Shown: positions 1 to 15,000 of the stretch, piece after piece | Position numbering within the stretch: position 1 is the first letter of the stretch | Layout: each line of letters starts with the position of its first letter | Assembly (NCBI GenBank): GCA_964247055.1 | Contig: OZ176054.1 | Coordinates: 4,216,001 to 4,280,000 of the forward strand | DNA length: 64,000 bases | Source: Paragordius varius | Lineage: Eukaryota; Animalia; Nematomorpha | Direction of reading: 5' to 3' | Translations under genes and position numbers: made by a program | The notes under the pieces: generated by a model | Database searches by the model: none | What the model was told of the DNA's origin: nothing | What the model saw: only the letters and a program-made list of their open reading frames with translations

Positions 1-3000
1 ACTTAAATTTTTAGAAGCAAGCGCTTTTCCGCCAAAAATTAATGATTTCCTATTATTTATGTTACTAATTTATTCATTATAATAGCAAATAAAAAATACT
101 GTATAATTATAAATATGACTAGTTTCAATCCACAAATGGGGAATGGTTATGAAGTAATAATATATATTTGTATTAAACATATAAACTTCAAGTCTGATAA
201 ATTGAAAAGAAATATTTTTTAAAAAAAGTTACCCATAGCTATAGAAGTTATGATTTTGCCACAAGTGATGGCTATATCATTAACCAATGTCCCTGCATCA
301 TATCCCGGCAATGAACATATAATTAAGGGTGAATTACAATCAATCTATTATTAAATGTGTGTACATACTTCATTTTCAATAATGTTCTTTAGATTTAGGA
401 CATTATCGGGTAATTGATTCAAAAAATCACAGTTAAACACACTGTTTATAAACATCCTTCCGTATTCAATAAATCGATCTGGTTGTAACAATTTCATAAC
501 AATTAATTTATGTAGAGCTTGTTCTTGGGCATCATTTTTATCCATTGAAACTGTCGTAAATAGGTGTTGCAAAAAGATATCCATATTCTCACTTTCATTG
601 TATTTGATAAACAAATTTTTGATATCGCTCGGATTCTGTAATTATATATATAAAAATCGATTTTACAGTGAAATATGGTTTGATTTTGGGCAACGATATA
701 ACATCCAATAAATTCTGTTTCATATCAGATGAAACATCTACGGGCAATTCTATTTCAGGGGTCGATAGAAAATTGTTGGATAGTAAATATGAAATTACTT
801 GTTCCGAACAACTATGATATTATAGTTATAAAACAATACTTGGGTTTATAAAATTTTAAATACATCAAAGCGTTATTCAAGGCATATAAAAGTTTGTCAT
901 CGTTCAAGAGACATTTACCAAAACTGACAAATAAATTTTTTATCAGCTGCAAAAGGAATTGAGTCAAATCCTCGCTAATTAACAGTTCCTTGAAAGTAAC
1001 CAATGTTTGTTGAAATATTTTTAGGAATTGACATAATGAAAACATATACATGTCATTTATCTAAAAGATATAGTTAACATCATAAACATACCTTTTGAAA
1101 GTTTTTTGTAGCAAAATAAAGATCGGCTATATTAGCTGTTAATAATTCATATTTTTCAAACATATATTTAATTTCATTCATTAATTTAACATTTTCATTC
1201 AATTTTTCCGATATGGATTTAGCCTCTGAATTTATATTCTCAATTGTGTTTATCAGCGTGTCATCGTCAATCAAATTTTTTGCTTTACATTGATTCAAAA
1301 TTTCTAACAAATCTTTCTCCAAATTATGCAATTTCGTTTTATAAACATCTAACATATATAATAAAGATTAACTTTCCAAAGCATTTAATTCCGTACGCCT
1401 TGTTTCCAGATCTGGATTAATAAAGGACAATAGACTTGTCATACATTGAGATTGTAGGCCGGATTTAGTTAAATTAAAATTGATATAAACTACACGAGAA
1501 CAAATCTCAGGCGAAAATATGTGCTAAAGATTATTAATAAATTAATTCCTACGTTTGCACTTTTGGTCGATAAATACAAAACGAACGACGGTGATAAATC
1601 GATTTCAAGATCACCCAAAGACACTAATAAGCGTCCAGCAGTTTTTCTGATTTCTTTGTTTAAAATGGAATATATAATAGGATCAATATTTTCTGCGTCC
1701 TGTATGAGCAACGGATTCCCAAATCTCAAACAACTTTCCAAATTTTTTTGAAACACATTATCCAAAAAACTAGAATTTATAATGTCAAAATAACCTTGTG
1801 ATGATTAATTTTTTATTTTGAGTTTTGTAATAATCTATGAGAAAATCGGTTGCTTTATTGTTCGGATCAATGATTAACGGATTGCGTAAATTTAACCCAT
1901 TCAGTTTTTGAGAATACCATTTTATCATTAAAACATTTTCCAGAAACAGGGGATCGGTCTCTTGCTTCCTACTTATTAAATAATATATAATAAATTTAAA
2001 CGTATCGGTTGCATCGCTCTTGATATTTTCCTTCATACTAAGATAATTCAATATATAATTGTAATTGGAAAATTCTTCCCGGTACAATAAATTGTTGGAT
2101 GAAATAATGTTAAGCCATTCATTAAAGATTTTTTTTCGGAAATATTGATCAAAGTATCCACAATAAACCAAAAAAGCTGATGACAATAACACATCTCCAG
2201 GTAACGTAGATAAAAATCGGGAAAACGAATTTGTACTTATTTCCCATCTCCGACTTTCTGACATCAAATTATTTAAAAGTGTGGTACATCGGTTCACCTT
2301 AAAATAAAAAATAATATTTAAAGATAAGATTTTTATATGAATTATGACGGATAGAGAGCAAATGCTATAAATTTAATCTTTTTGGTATAAATGAGTAATT
2401 TGTTAAGAAATTTAATAAAATTTTATCTAACGTAAATTAATTCATATTTAATAAGATATATTATTTTACACCTTTGACTTAATAGTATCCATGTGCATTT
2501 TAATATTTTGGATTTCTGATATCAATAGGGCATATTCCTGCTTACAACGATTTATTGAATCCTCATAATTTTTTATAATGGTATCCATTTCCGAGTTTTT
2601 AACCCGAGTTAATTTTGCTTCGTTCTCTAGAATTTTCAATTCTTGATTCAAAGGATCCAATTTATTTAAAACGTCAGCATAGTTTACCTCGAAATAAAAA
2701 AATATTAAAAACTTGCGCGATTGCCCATTTAACTAATGGTCCACATGCCTGACTAGCCCTAGCTATTTTTTCGACATTGTAATCAGGGTTGGATAAGTAG
2801 GATTGGGTAAATTTACTTTTGAGATTTTCACTAAAATAAAATTAGCTATATCAACTAACTCGATATTTTCCGTGTTAAAATTTAAGATTTGTGATATAAA
2901 ATTTTCGCGCATTAAAACACTTCGTAGTGCCTTCCAATCAGAAATATTTTCGCCGAGTAACATACAAACAGATTCCACGGCTAATTTCACCAATATCGGG

Positions 3001-6000
3001 GGATTACTCATAGATTTTATTTCTACCAAAGGCTGTTTTTTAATATTTTTCACGGCTAAAGACAATAGTTAACAAATATTTATTAACCTTGTTGCGATTC
3101 AATGATGGCAGGTTCAACTTCTGATATTTTAGCCATAACTATTTCTTTATTTTTTGCAATAATTTCTTCTTTTTTCTATAATAGTCAAATAATATCAGTA
3201 AAAAATAATTGTTGATAAAATTAAGTATATATATACCTTTAATTCCTCCTGTAAATCATGGGAAATTTTCTTTTTACTCTCGGCTTCTTGTTGTTCATCA
3301 ACCTGTTTTTAATATGAGATTAGTAAGTGTTACAATAGCGCTTAAATAAATAATAAGTTAGAATGAATTAAAATGAGTTTAACTTTTAAAGTAGCATATT
3401 TTATTATTTTTTAGAAAATAATTAACATGAGATACGATATATGAGCAAAGGGCATAACAATTCACTGCCAAATGCGATTGAATGATTATATAACTTATTA
3501 AGCCATTTTACTTTTATAAACATAGATGTATAATAATGTTATTACCATATCTTTTAATTTTTGATTGGCTAAATTCTCCTTTTCAACCAGCTCGGAATGT
3601 TTTAGATCTAATGATTCTTGTAATAATTCCACTTGAATTAAAGTATCTTTTATTTTATTTATTCCAACAGTTAAATGGAGTTGTTCGGATTCTAAATCTT
3701 CCAATTTTTCCTTGTATAAATGAATCTTAAAAATTATATTAAATTTTATGATACAAAAATGTGCAAAAAGTCGAGAAAGTGTTTAGGTGTGATACTAATT
3801 TGAGATACATTGTACGATGATACAATTTTTCCGACACATTTATGAATTCCAAGTATGGCATTTATTAAAGCATCGTAATTTGGATCTCGTGGTCGAGATG
3901 AACTATAAAAATAAATTTAACTTGGTTTTACCTTTGGAAAAAGTCTAATTTCTTTGTCATATTAACACTAATTTTGGACAAGGTTTCATCGGACCAATCG
4001 CCCAACCAAATAATGATACACCGATTAAAAAGTGCAGGTGAAGTGAAGGATTTTTCTTTCAACAGCGTAATTAATGGATTCATGGTGAAAACAACGTGAA
4101 GATTCTTTATAACCTACAAAATATACTATGCATTAGTAAAATAACAAAGAGATTAAAACCGTTTTTAATTTTTTTGAAATGATCTTTGACAATATTACTT
4201 CCAATTTCATTGTTTTTTTAAATTAAAAACATACTTAATATTCTTTTTTAAATATAATCCTAGTAGCATTATAATTTTATTATCACAATAAAAGAAATAA
4301 ACCCACCTGCATAGTGAACCATGCGTATAATTCTTCATTTGTGTTCAGGATTTGACCATATTTTTGGGCACTTTCTCTACAGCAATTCATAAGGTTTATC
4401 ATAGCTTCACCTTCAAACAGCCCAGGAATCTATGTGAGTCATTTAATCAAAAACTAAACCTCTCCATTAGCTAGAAGCGTATTTAATTTTTCCAAGAAAG
4501 ATGGATTTAAATTATTCAATTCATTTATGATAAACACAATAATCTCGCCATTGCATCCAACCCGTTTCAATAGCTTTCGAAGGTCTTCATCAAAATCTTC
4601 CCCAGTGTATTTTTTGTGAATCTAAAATTTCGATGATTTATGATACCTTAAGTTGAAAAGTTTTCATTCCATTCATCCAAGCTGCAAATTTGCACATGGT
4701 TGTTTTTCCTCCACCACTTGTCCCAATGAGAAGTAAATGACCCTTAAAAATAATTCAAACAAAAAACTTGTGGCTGTTTAAATACTCGATCAATTCGTAT
4801 CAAATATTCCAATAAATCGTCATACATAGTTATGTTTGTTTCAACCTCTTCCTCGTTAAAAGTCTATAATATAAATTTAAGGTAAAAAACTTTTAAACGT
4901 GCAGTGGCATAATTACCAATATCATTAACGCTAACAACTTGATAATTTTTGGACAGCCAATCGCTAAAAATTATGGGACGCTTTAATACTGATTTACCAA
5001 CATTAAAATATTTAAATGCAATGTTATCGATAGTATTGCTAACCCAATCAACATCATCTCGGGATATTAATCTAACAACCATTACAAAAGAAATAACCTA
5101 TCGCTAAATATACGGAGTCCTTCATATACCCATAATGTCACGATAAAATCAATGGAAAGTTCTTCGTTTTTCATAAAAACGTGATACAAGCCTTTCACCC
5201 ACCGACTTAATTCACGCGGACTAAATATGTAATGCGGTTGAACATTTTGATTGTAGCGTTCCTATGTAAAACATAAGACTTTGAATATACTTGAATAATT
5301 GAATAAAACTCAATCATGGCATTTGTTATGGCTGAATCGATATTGGCACAATTCGGACATAATTTAAATAAACTTTTATTGAAAACACTGTAGATCTGAT
5401 ACAATGATTCATTATCGGGGTAATCAATGTAAAGAACGGAACAATGTTTTAAGAATCTGAATATATTATGAGGGGAAAAAACCTATTATCAAGTGGTTTT
5501 CGACCCGGGTCAGTTGGTGGATTACAAGCTCCCAAGATAACAATTCTTTCCATATGTATCCAAATATATTCACCGTTGGCACCTTGTTTGTAAAACCCTT
5601 TTTGCTCAATAATACCACGCAGAAACGATATAACCTTTTGTGTCCCTAAAAAGGTGTGGTTAAATAAAAATTCAATACCATATTTATCCATATCCGGTAA
5701 ATTAATTTCGTCACAAAACAAAATAATAGTTTTGTGATAATGGACCGGAGCAAATGTGGTACCTAATGGAGTTTTCGTGTATTCACAATAATGCTCCAAA
5801 ACTTTTATGATGTTATGTGATGTAGTGGCGCTGGAAAAACTATACCCCACAACTTCATAATCGTCAAGAAATCTTGAAGCACTCAAAATTGTCATAGTTT
5901 TCCCCCCTCCTGGCGGGCCACACAATATTATGGGCTTATTAGATTTGACTAAACTGGTTAACAATCGTTCATTCCTTAATGTGTCATTGGTTGGAATAAT

Positions 6001-9000
6001 GCAATTTGGAGACACTATTTCTTGGGGTTCAATGGTAACCGTGGGAACTCGATCAGATATTTTAACCCAATCACCTTTCGAATTTATTTCATAATTTAAT
6101 ATAGGTATAGGGAAATGTATCGTTACTATATCCCTGATATAGGATACAAATTTGTTACGTTCAACTAAATTACAATCACCAGCAAATGACCATACAATGG
6201 AATACAAAATGTAAGCTTGTAAAAAATTTTCAATATTGGATTCCTAAAATACATATATGTATATTTATATTAACGTCATAAAAATTTTCATTCATAGCTA
6301 TATTAGTATCCAATTCATGCAAGGCATTGACAAATATATGGGTAAATGAATTAAATGATCGGACGCATGATAATTCCATAATATGTGTGAGATTTTGTGC
6401 AAAGCTAAAGCATTTATCTAATAACTTGGATATTTCAAGTTTTTCAAAAACTTTTACCATTACTTCTAATATCTATGGAAATAAAAAATTGAATAACTTT
6501 AGGGTTTATGTGTGCATCATTTTTGCTCATATCAAGTATTTGTGTAGGCATTTGACTGAATTTTTGAACATCGGATATAAAACGTATAAGGTACATGGAT
6601 AAATCAACCGTAGACTTATCAAAACATACCATTCCACATCTAGATATGGTAGCCATAGTGGCATAAGTAATATTCGTAACTTCAAACAAAATTCGAATCT
6701 AAAATAGTTTTTAAGAAAGAATAAACATTGTTTAGCAACGGCAAACGTTCCCCGTTTGGCAGCGTTAAAATTTTGTTATCATCCAATACACTGTTCAAAT
6801 TTTCAACCCATTCAGGATCAATATCTCCATCAAATATAATCCAATGAAAAGCATCCGAATTTGCACGGGAATTATTTATAATTCTAACAATACAAATAAA
6901 ACAACTACTTTCTCAACGTAGCTGTAAAAACTCCATCAGTCCATTCCCGTGTATTGATATCCAAAAAACCATATAGCGCCTCTTTTGTCAATGATTTTGG
7001 TTCAATTACATGATAACTACAAATGTTGGGGGTATCTATAATTAAACGTTAAATTTTATTTTTACCAGTTAAATGTTGAAGGGTAGTGAATAAGGATTTG
7101 ATGGCACTACTTTTTCCACTACCAGATGGACCCAACAATATCACTCCATGGTATATTTGAATAAGGCCATAAAGTTGAAAAACTTTGGATACCCAAATAT
7201 TCTGTATACGAAAAATTAAATATATTATTACAGTTAAATTTGAAATTCTAAAGACAAAACGTAAAAAACTAAGGTAATAAAAGATTATTTTTAAAATAAC
7301 TTAACTATTTGTGTTGCTAAATATGGTATGGAGATAATTGGCAAAATCAATTTTTAAATTGTAATCCTCATGAGAAAATTGTCTCTTGATTTTTAGGTTT
7401 TGTCTTTATTATTTTATTTTTTTACCGTAATAATTGATAATAAACGGTGTTAGTTAAATGAGTACTTACACTGTTTTGAAAGTCATATTTATAGTTTGGA
7501 TACAAAGTAGGACATGATTGAAATGATAAGTTCAAACTCTTGCAACTTTTTTCCAATTCAGCCAATATTTTGTCGTCAATGTTTTTGGGTGATTGAGAAA
7601 AGGTGAAAAAATCGTTGAGTATACCTTGAAACAAGAGTAAATCCCTATTTAACAATTTAGGTGTTATAGTATCATATAATCCACGCAATACAATATCATT
7701 CTCAAATTCAATGGTGTGTTCATTGGTTACATCGGACTGTTTCATTATTCTACCAGCACTAGTTAACATACTTTTGATGGCTCTCAATCCAAAATCATAA
7801 TGGGACATGCGTGATAATTGCTCGTTACACAAATAAAATATATTGACAATTTTTTTGGCTAATATTTCAGCATAATTGAATCCCTACATTTATATAGAAT
7901 GGTTATGATACCTGTATCAATAAGGATATTTCAACAATCGTTAAGTTATCGGAATGAAGCATGGCAAATTTTTTGAAAAGTTTTTTAAGGTTGTCAGGTA
8001 AGAGAGAACGACCAATGTAATTTGGATTCATGGTTATAAATATGGCAGAGTTAGGATGTAATTTTATTTCTTTTGATAAAATCTCCAAGGACAATTGACC
8101 ATTATCTAGGGAATTAAGGGTAAGTAAAACTTGATTTAGATTCATACAATGCTGATTGTATGTTTTCAATCTGTTGAGATACGGCAGACATTATACCTTC
8201 TTCCAATCTATTAAATTCATCAAAACATCCCCAGGATCCGACCTGGCACAATCCCATAAATATGCGACATAGTGCCTATATTAAAATAGGTTAATAGTAG
8301 GAATATATAGCATTAATCTAAAAAAAGTATGGTAAGAAAAGTTATAAACATATTTTTTGACGGAACATCGTTCCAATATTTCTGTAAATACGGCCAACAA
8401 TCTTTGTATGGGAATAGAATAATCTATATTTATACCTGGAAATCAAAATTTTCATCACAATTGAATACAACAACCATCCTTCCCAGCAATTGTCCCAATG
8501 ATTTAACCGATTCAGTTTTTCCCGTACCCGCGGGCCCTAAAAAACAATTAAAAAAATGTCATATATACCAAACGGAGATCCACCCAATCTTTGGTGAAGG
8601 GCCTGTGTCATGCACAAGTAAAATTGATTGGTTAAATCGGTCCAAATTAACTTGTCATAAGTACCCAAATATTCCCAGCCATATAGGAATTCGGCAGATG
8701 CCATTTTAATTTTTACAAGATCGGTATAATTCCTATATGTTATGCGAATTTTTATACTCCATGGTCTCGTTAGTTAGGTAATATCTTATTTGTCGTATCC
8801 ATTCAAAATCAGTGCTAGATTTTATATTATTTCCCAACAAACTTTTAACCAATTTTTTGTAATGTACCAAATCTGTAATCTATCAAATAAAACCACCATG
8901 AATTTACTAAATGTTCAATTTTCTTGCAAATCAATGGGATCAGATTGTTTTGCAGCAAGGCAGATAAGTGTTTGATAAGCGCACATATATTTTCTAATAA

Positions 9001-12000
9001 ATTTGGCAAGCTTTGTGCCGAAAATGATTTCTCAATATCTTCCGTCATTAGTATGTAAGCCGTCAATGTTATAATTTGCATCTATGAAAATGTACATAAA
9101 AAATACCTCATAAGTTTCAATCCACTTATTTATGTTACTAACGTTCACGGTTTGAAAACTACCAATGGATTCTTTAAATAAATGGCAAGAATCAATCAAA
9201 TGTTTGGCCAAAGTTTTTTTCGTATTTATTTCAAAGAGCATCAACCATTCATTAACTTGCATGGGTGAAGCCTTATTCAAATTTATGTTTTCTGTCAACA
9301 CAATCGATTCACCTTCTTTGGATGCAAATCCTGTTATGATAACCTCGAAAGAATTTTCCGTAAAATCAATTGAATTTATGCCATTATACATCTTTTTAAG
9401 ATGTCGTTGAATTTTCACTAAATCCACTGAGTTTCCAACAATTTCAAGCAAATCTTCATCGCCAACAAAGTAAAATCTGATATATATAAAAAATACAAAC
9501 TAACCTTGGAAAAACATCTCTTTTCTTTTCCAAATAATCTTTTAACGATTTTTGAATCTTTAAAAGTAAATCCAAAATCCGTTCAATTGTTTTTTGGCAT
9601 CCTTGTATATTAAGAATTTCTATGATAAGGCGAGTCCCAGTTGCACGCTTCATTAGTGACAAAAAATCATTGCTTAAGCTATAAATAAGAATAGAGTTAT
9701 ATATAACTATATTAAAATAAGCGATGTGGTTATTAAAATAATCTAATATATTCCAAACCTCTGAAATTTTAGCGTTTCATTCGGTAACAAATTCTTAATG
9801 TCCAAATTATGAGAAAAGATGCTATCCAAATAAACCCATTTCCTTTGCATTTCCATCCAAATTTCAAACAGTACATTCAATCGAGATAGCTTATCCTCCC
9901 AGAAAAGCGTGTCTTCCTCAAATTGTCGATAATACGGAGATAATTTCATTGAATTTAACCCATTGAGATGTTCATTAATTAGGTTAAAAAAGGTGTCCCA
10001 ATTCGATATGAGTTGACATTTGTTTTTGTACAAAACAAGGCTAAGAGTATAATTTTGCCATACCTCTTTTACCTGTTATGTTATAAAATATTTTTAGAAA
10101 AATATGCGATATAAACCTGAAATAAATATTGTTCCAAAGCCATTTCCCCACGTGCAATGTTGATAAGTTCACGCATAGCTGAATCATTTTCCAAAATCTT
10201 TAGATCCCATACATCACCAAGCATCATTTCATTTAGGTTAATGTGGGTCCCTAACGTCGAACTATTCTGAAAAAGTCTATTATATAGGTTAGTTAAAAAA
10301 TACTTTTTCCAATGTCTTTCTTTAATAGTGTCATTTTTTAATTCAACAATGTATATATTAATCTTAAGTAATTTTTGTATATAAGTTTCCCAATACTCAT
10401 ACACTGAAAAATGTTTCATGTGAACAGGCATATTCTTTAAATCCGATAAAATAGAATCCAACGATTGACGTACCTAAGTTATATATTAATACATATTAAT
10501 ACATTTCGAGCTTGTATCATTATCCAAGGTGTTTCTTTCAAATTTTTAATTTTATCAGAAAGAGCGTTTATATTCGCCCAAAATTCGGATAAAACCTTAA
10601 CATCTTCCAGTATATTGTTTAAACTTTCATTTGAGATATCTAAGTTATATAAACTTAAAAATAAACTTTTATCCAATAAATTAAGGACAATTTTGGCATT
10701 TTCAATATTATTTTTTTCTGCCATGTATCCCTGGACTTTATGCTCAAAATTTGTCATTTGATCCAACGCATGTGATGGATTGATTGATATATCAGTGGGT
10801 TTGATTTTTTTCCATTCATTTATTATGTTTTCATGTTTTACCGTGAGTAGGCGATATTCTTCACAAATTTTTTCTTGCCATATAGTCGACTAAACAGTAA
10901 TAAAAATTAAGACAATATGAAAAGAACAATAAAATTTATTTAAAGAACAATTTTTAGACTTGATTTTTTTAAATATAAATAATCGTTCGGGTTGCGAAAC
11001 AGGGATGATAAATTGGCACCATACATTTGTATTTTTTAATTGTAATAAAATTAAGAAATCAAGGATTAACTATATTGTTTTCTTAATAAAAAGGTTCCTT
11101 CATCTTTAAAATTTTAAATTTTACTCAAATCACGTTGGTAAAAAAAGAAATAAATTTTTTACTGAACGTTCAATCGATTTATTATGCTTTGTGAGTAATT
11201 GGTAAAATGCATTCCATTCCCCTTCAACATTTTCGACATAAATCCATTCGAGGGGGAAATTGAATCGTTGTTTGGAAAGAAGTTTTTGTCCCTCCTTCAA
11301 AAGGTGCAACTTATCTTGCCATATTTGTGTATTGGCTGAATAGTTTTGTATATCGTTTATTAAAGCAATGGCTGAATTAGTTGTAACAATACTCTCCAAG
11401 TTTTTACTTTCCAAAATGTTACGAGCCTAAATTTATATAAACATTAAAAGCATATGGATTTTAATAAAGTTTTTAGAAAAATTAAATATTAGCAACAGTC
11501 TATTCTTAAAATAACTTTTGCGATCTTAAAAAACTGATTTTAGCTGTATTTAAATGATTTTTATTTTATGATAGGAGTAACTTTTAGATGTATGATAGAA
11601 AAAAATAAATCTGACATATAGCTTTCCTTATTAGAAAACTTTTGTATTATTATTACATTATACATATTTTCACTCGTGATAGCGGTCATGTTATACAACC
11701 TGTCTCGCCATAGAACTCTATCTATGGCGTCTTCTGCGTTAAGCTCGTATTCTGCTAGCTCTCTTTTTACTGTATCTATCCATTTCGTTTTAGGCCGCCC
11801 ACGTCCTCGTTTTCCCTCAACTATATAACCATCTATTATTTTTGCAATATAATTAGAATCTCTCCTTTCAATGTGCCCGAACCAACGTAGCCTATTTTTT
11901 GACATTCTTTCCACTATTAGTTTAACATCTGTGCTCCCACGAATAAATCTATTCTTAATTCTGTCCTTTCTTGTTACCCCACACATCATTCTAATCATTT

Positions 12001-15000
12001 TCATTTCAGTCACGTTAAAATGTCTTTCTTCGATTTTTTGACCACCCGCATCTGTGAATTATACATCATTGTGGGTTGAACAATTGAACTGTATATCTTA
12101 CCTTTCACTCTAACATCAATATTTTTTCCAATTTACACAACTGCTCTTTATTCGTAAATTAATATCATCAGTCAACGAACCATATGCACTTAACATAGCT
12201 CCCAAAAATTTGCAACTTTCTTTACCCTTCAGAACCCAACTATCATCAACTACCATTTCATGTTGTGGACCCCCAAAAGTAATAAGTTCGGTTTTTGCTT
12301 TGTTTACTTTCAGACCATGTTGATCCAGCATAACAACCCATCGGTTTACCGTTCGCTTTAACTCAATTAATGAATCAGACAAGATGATTATGTCAGCTGC
12401 ATACATTAAGTACCATCCTTAACTCACATTAACAACCTTGGCTACCTCGTCCATACAAATTATAAACAATAAGGGGCTGACTGATGAGCCTTGGTAGACT
12501 CCATGCTTTATTGAAAAGGGCTCTGATAAACCTTGTATTTAATCCTGGAGGTGTGGGATTCGTACATTATTTATAACGACTTAATATATTTCTGGCACCT
12601 TTTTACGACGGAGACTCCACCAAATAGTTTCTCTAGGAATCCTGTCAAACGCCTTCTCTATGTCATTTAAAACCCCGTGTAATTCTTTCTTTTTTTTCAA
12701 TGTGTTTTTCAATCAACCTCCTAACCGCATTTATAGAGTCTACTGCTGACTTTCCTGGCATGAAACCAAATTGATTTCCTTCTATAGATATCATTTTCCT
12801 GATTCGTTTTTCCATTATTTTTCAAACAATTTCATGGTGTGCGATATTAGTTTTATCCTACTATAGTTACTACATTCATTTATATCACCTTTTCCTTTAA
12901 ATAAAGGCACAGTTAAACTTTCCTTCCATTACACCGGGATTTCATAAGTTGAAACAATTTTATTAAAACCCCAAGAAATTTAATCCAGCGTTTCCAAGCA
13001 CTTTCCAACAATTTATATTTATGTCGTCCGATCCTACCTTGTTGTTTGGCATTTCTAACAAATTGGATTTTACCTCCTATTCTGTAATTGCTTCTATTGG
13101 TCTATCAGTAGCTTCAACTAGGTTTGGCAAAAATATCTCGCCTACCCCTTCAAAACTCACCAAGTACTCTTTCCATCTTTTTATTTCTACATTTTCGCAC
13201 AGCAAGTTTCCATCTTTTCCTTTTATTAATGTCGCATAATCTGTTAAACCCATCCTGCGTTTATTCCTTTGCTGCGCAACTTTATACACTTTGTTTAAAT
13301 CTTGCTTACTATTAACTCATCATAAAATAAATTCATCTTTTCTTTCTTAACCTGGCCGACTAATTTTTTCAATTCCTTATTTAAACTTTTATACTTATCT
13401 CTATCATCATCATTCCTTGTATGTCTCCATTTGTCAAAAGCCTTACCTTTTTCTCGTGACATCAATATTATTCTTTCATCGTAAAGCCAAGCCTCTCTGT
13501 ATACTTGAGATTTCCCGCCTTTTAATCCACAAACTAGAGTTCCTGCCTTTTTGATTAACTGACTTACTTTATCCCAATCACCATTTAACCCACCATCCTC
13601 GGCTAATCGTATTTCTTTTATAAAAGCATGCTATTTTTCAGATGATTTCTCTATTATAGTTTAAGTTTGGCACGACCTTACAGTCTATTACAAGCTTCAA
13701 TAAGTCTCTTGGGACTGGTATAAAATTTATTTGTGATTTGTATATGCCGCTTTTGTAAGTTACTAGATGAGTCTCTTTATTTTCGAAAAACGTGTTCGCT
13801 AAATTGTGGGATTGTGAAAATGTAAGCATATTAATTCCTTACTCGTTTCTTTCCCCATAAGAATGTCCCCCGTGCCATACTTCAAAAGATTTTCTACTTG
13901 AACGAAGATGACCATTAAAATCCCCACATAAAAACTTGATTCTGAGCTGAGGGAGAGCGACTAATTTTTCATCTAGAGTCTTGTAAAATTCCTCCTTTTC
14001 TTGTTTTGGTAAACCTATTGGATCATATATACTGAATACCGTTATGACCTCGTTACCTACCAAAATATCTAAATTCATGATTCGGCTGTTATAGCGTCTA
14101 ACCTCTTTAACCTGATTGGCCATTTTGGATTTAATGATAACTGCCACTCCATTTCGTCTGTCACTTTCACCTGAGTAATATAATCGATAATTTTCTTCCA
14201 AAGTCCTTGCTCCGTTTCCGCGGTCACGAGTCTCTTGTAATGCCAAAATATCTATATCTTTTTTCATTATTCTCACAATAATTTAACTTACTTTTCAATG
14301 AATCAACATTTAAACTAGCAAAACACAAGCATCCCATTTCTTTGTATTATTGGACACAACACCAAAACCGCGGCTGGCCAGGCCTGACCGGTTACTAATA
14401 TTCACATCAATATTCATTTGACAGCTTTAAACAAACAAACAAATAAAAATAATATTGAAGGGTCGAACTAATTATGACAAATTGATAGATGTTAAAAAAC
14501 CTAGGCTATAGGTAAAAACCTAAATTATATTTCGCAATAAAAAAAATTATAGCAAAAATTTATATATAAAACAAATTTATAAATCAAGGGTTCTTTTATG
14601 TATCAAAGTGAAAATTAAAGTAAAATATTTTATTAAAATTAAATTAAAGAACTGTGCTACAATACTTATCCAAGAATACAATCTATATATTTTAAGAGAA
14701 TATTAATAGGCAAATTATAGGAAATAAGGCTAACGGTAAGTCCTAAGTCCAAAACAAAATGTGAATAGGTATGTGTAAAAGTATAGGATAAGTGATAAAA
14801 GATAGAATAAAGTTAGAGAGTAAATAGATAACAATAGATAATTATAATAATTGGTATGAAAACTTTTGTATAATAATTAAATTTACTTGTGAAATGGTAT
14901 GAAAAAATTGGGTTATTTCATCGAAGAGCAAACGACTAAACTTGCTCAATATTTCCTTGTACCATAAATCAAATTTCAGGGTGATTTTGTTTTGTATTTT

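Noticed and set aside
12478-12510. Additional CTGATGA hammerhead-like cores (about 12481, 21090, 37553, 47284)
   Set aside because: None has a stem II followed by GAAA and a closing stem I; 12481 is antisense to the RT coding motif.
14340-14420. HDV-like ribozyme in the RTE 5' region
   Set aside because: It is GC-rich and palindromic (ggcctggcc), but I could not find the P1/P3/P1.1 pairing or the catalytic C motif on the element strand.
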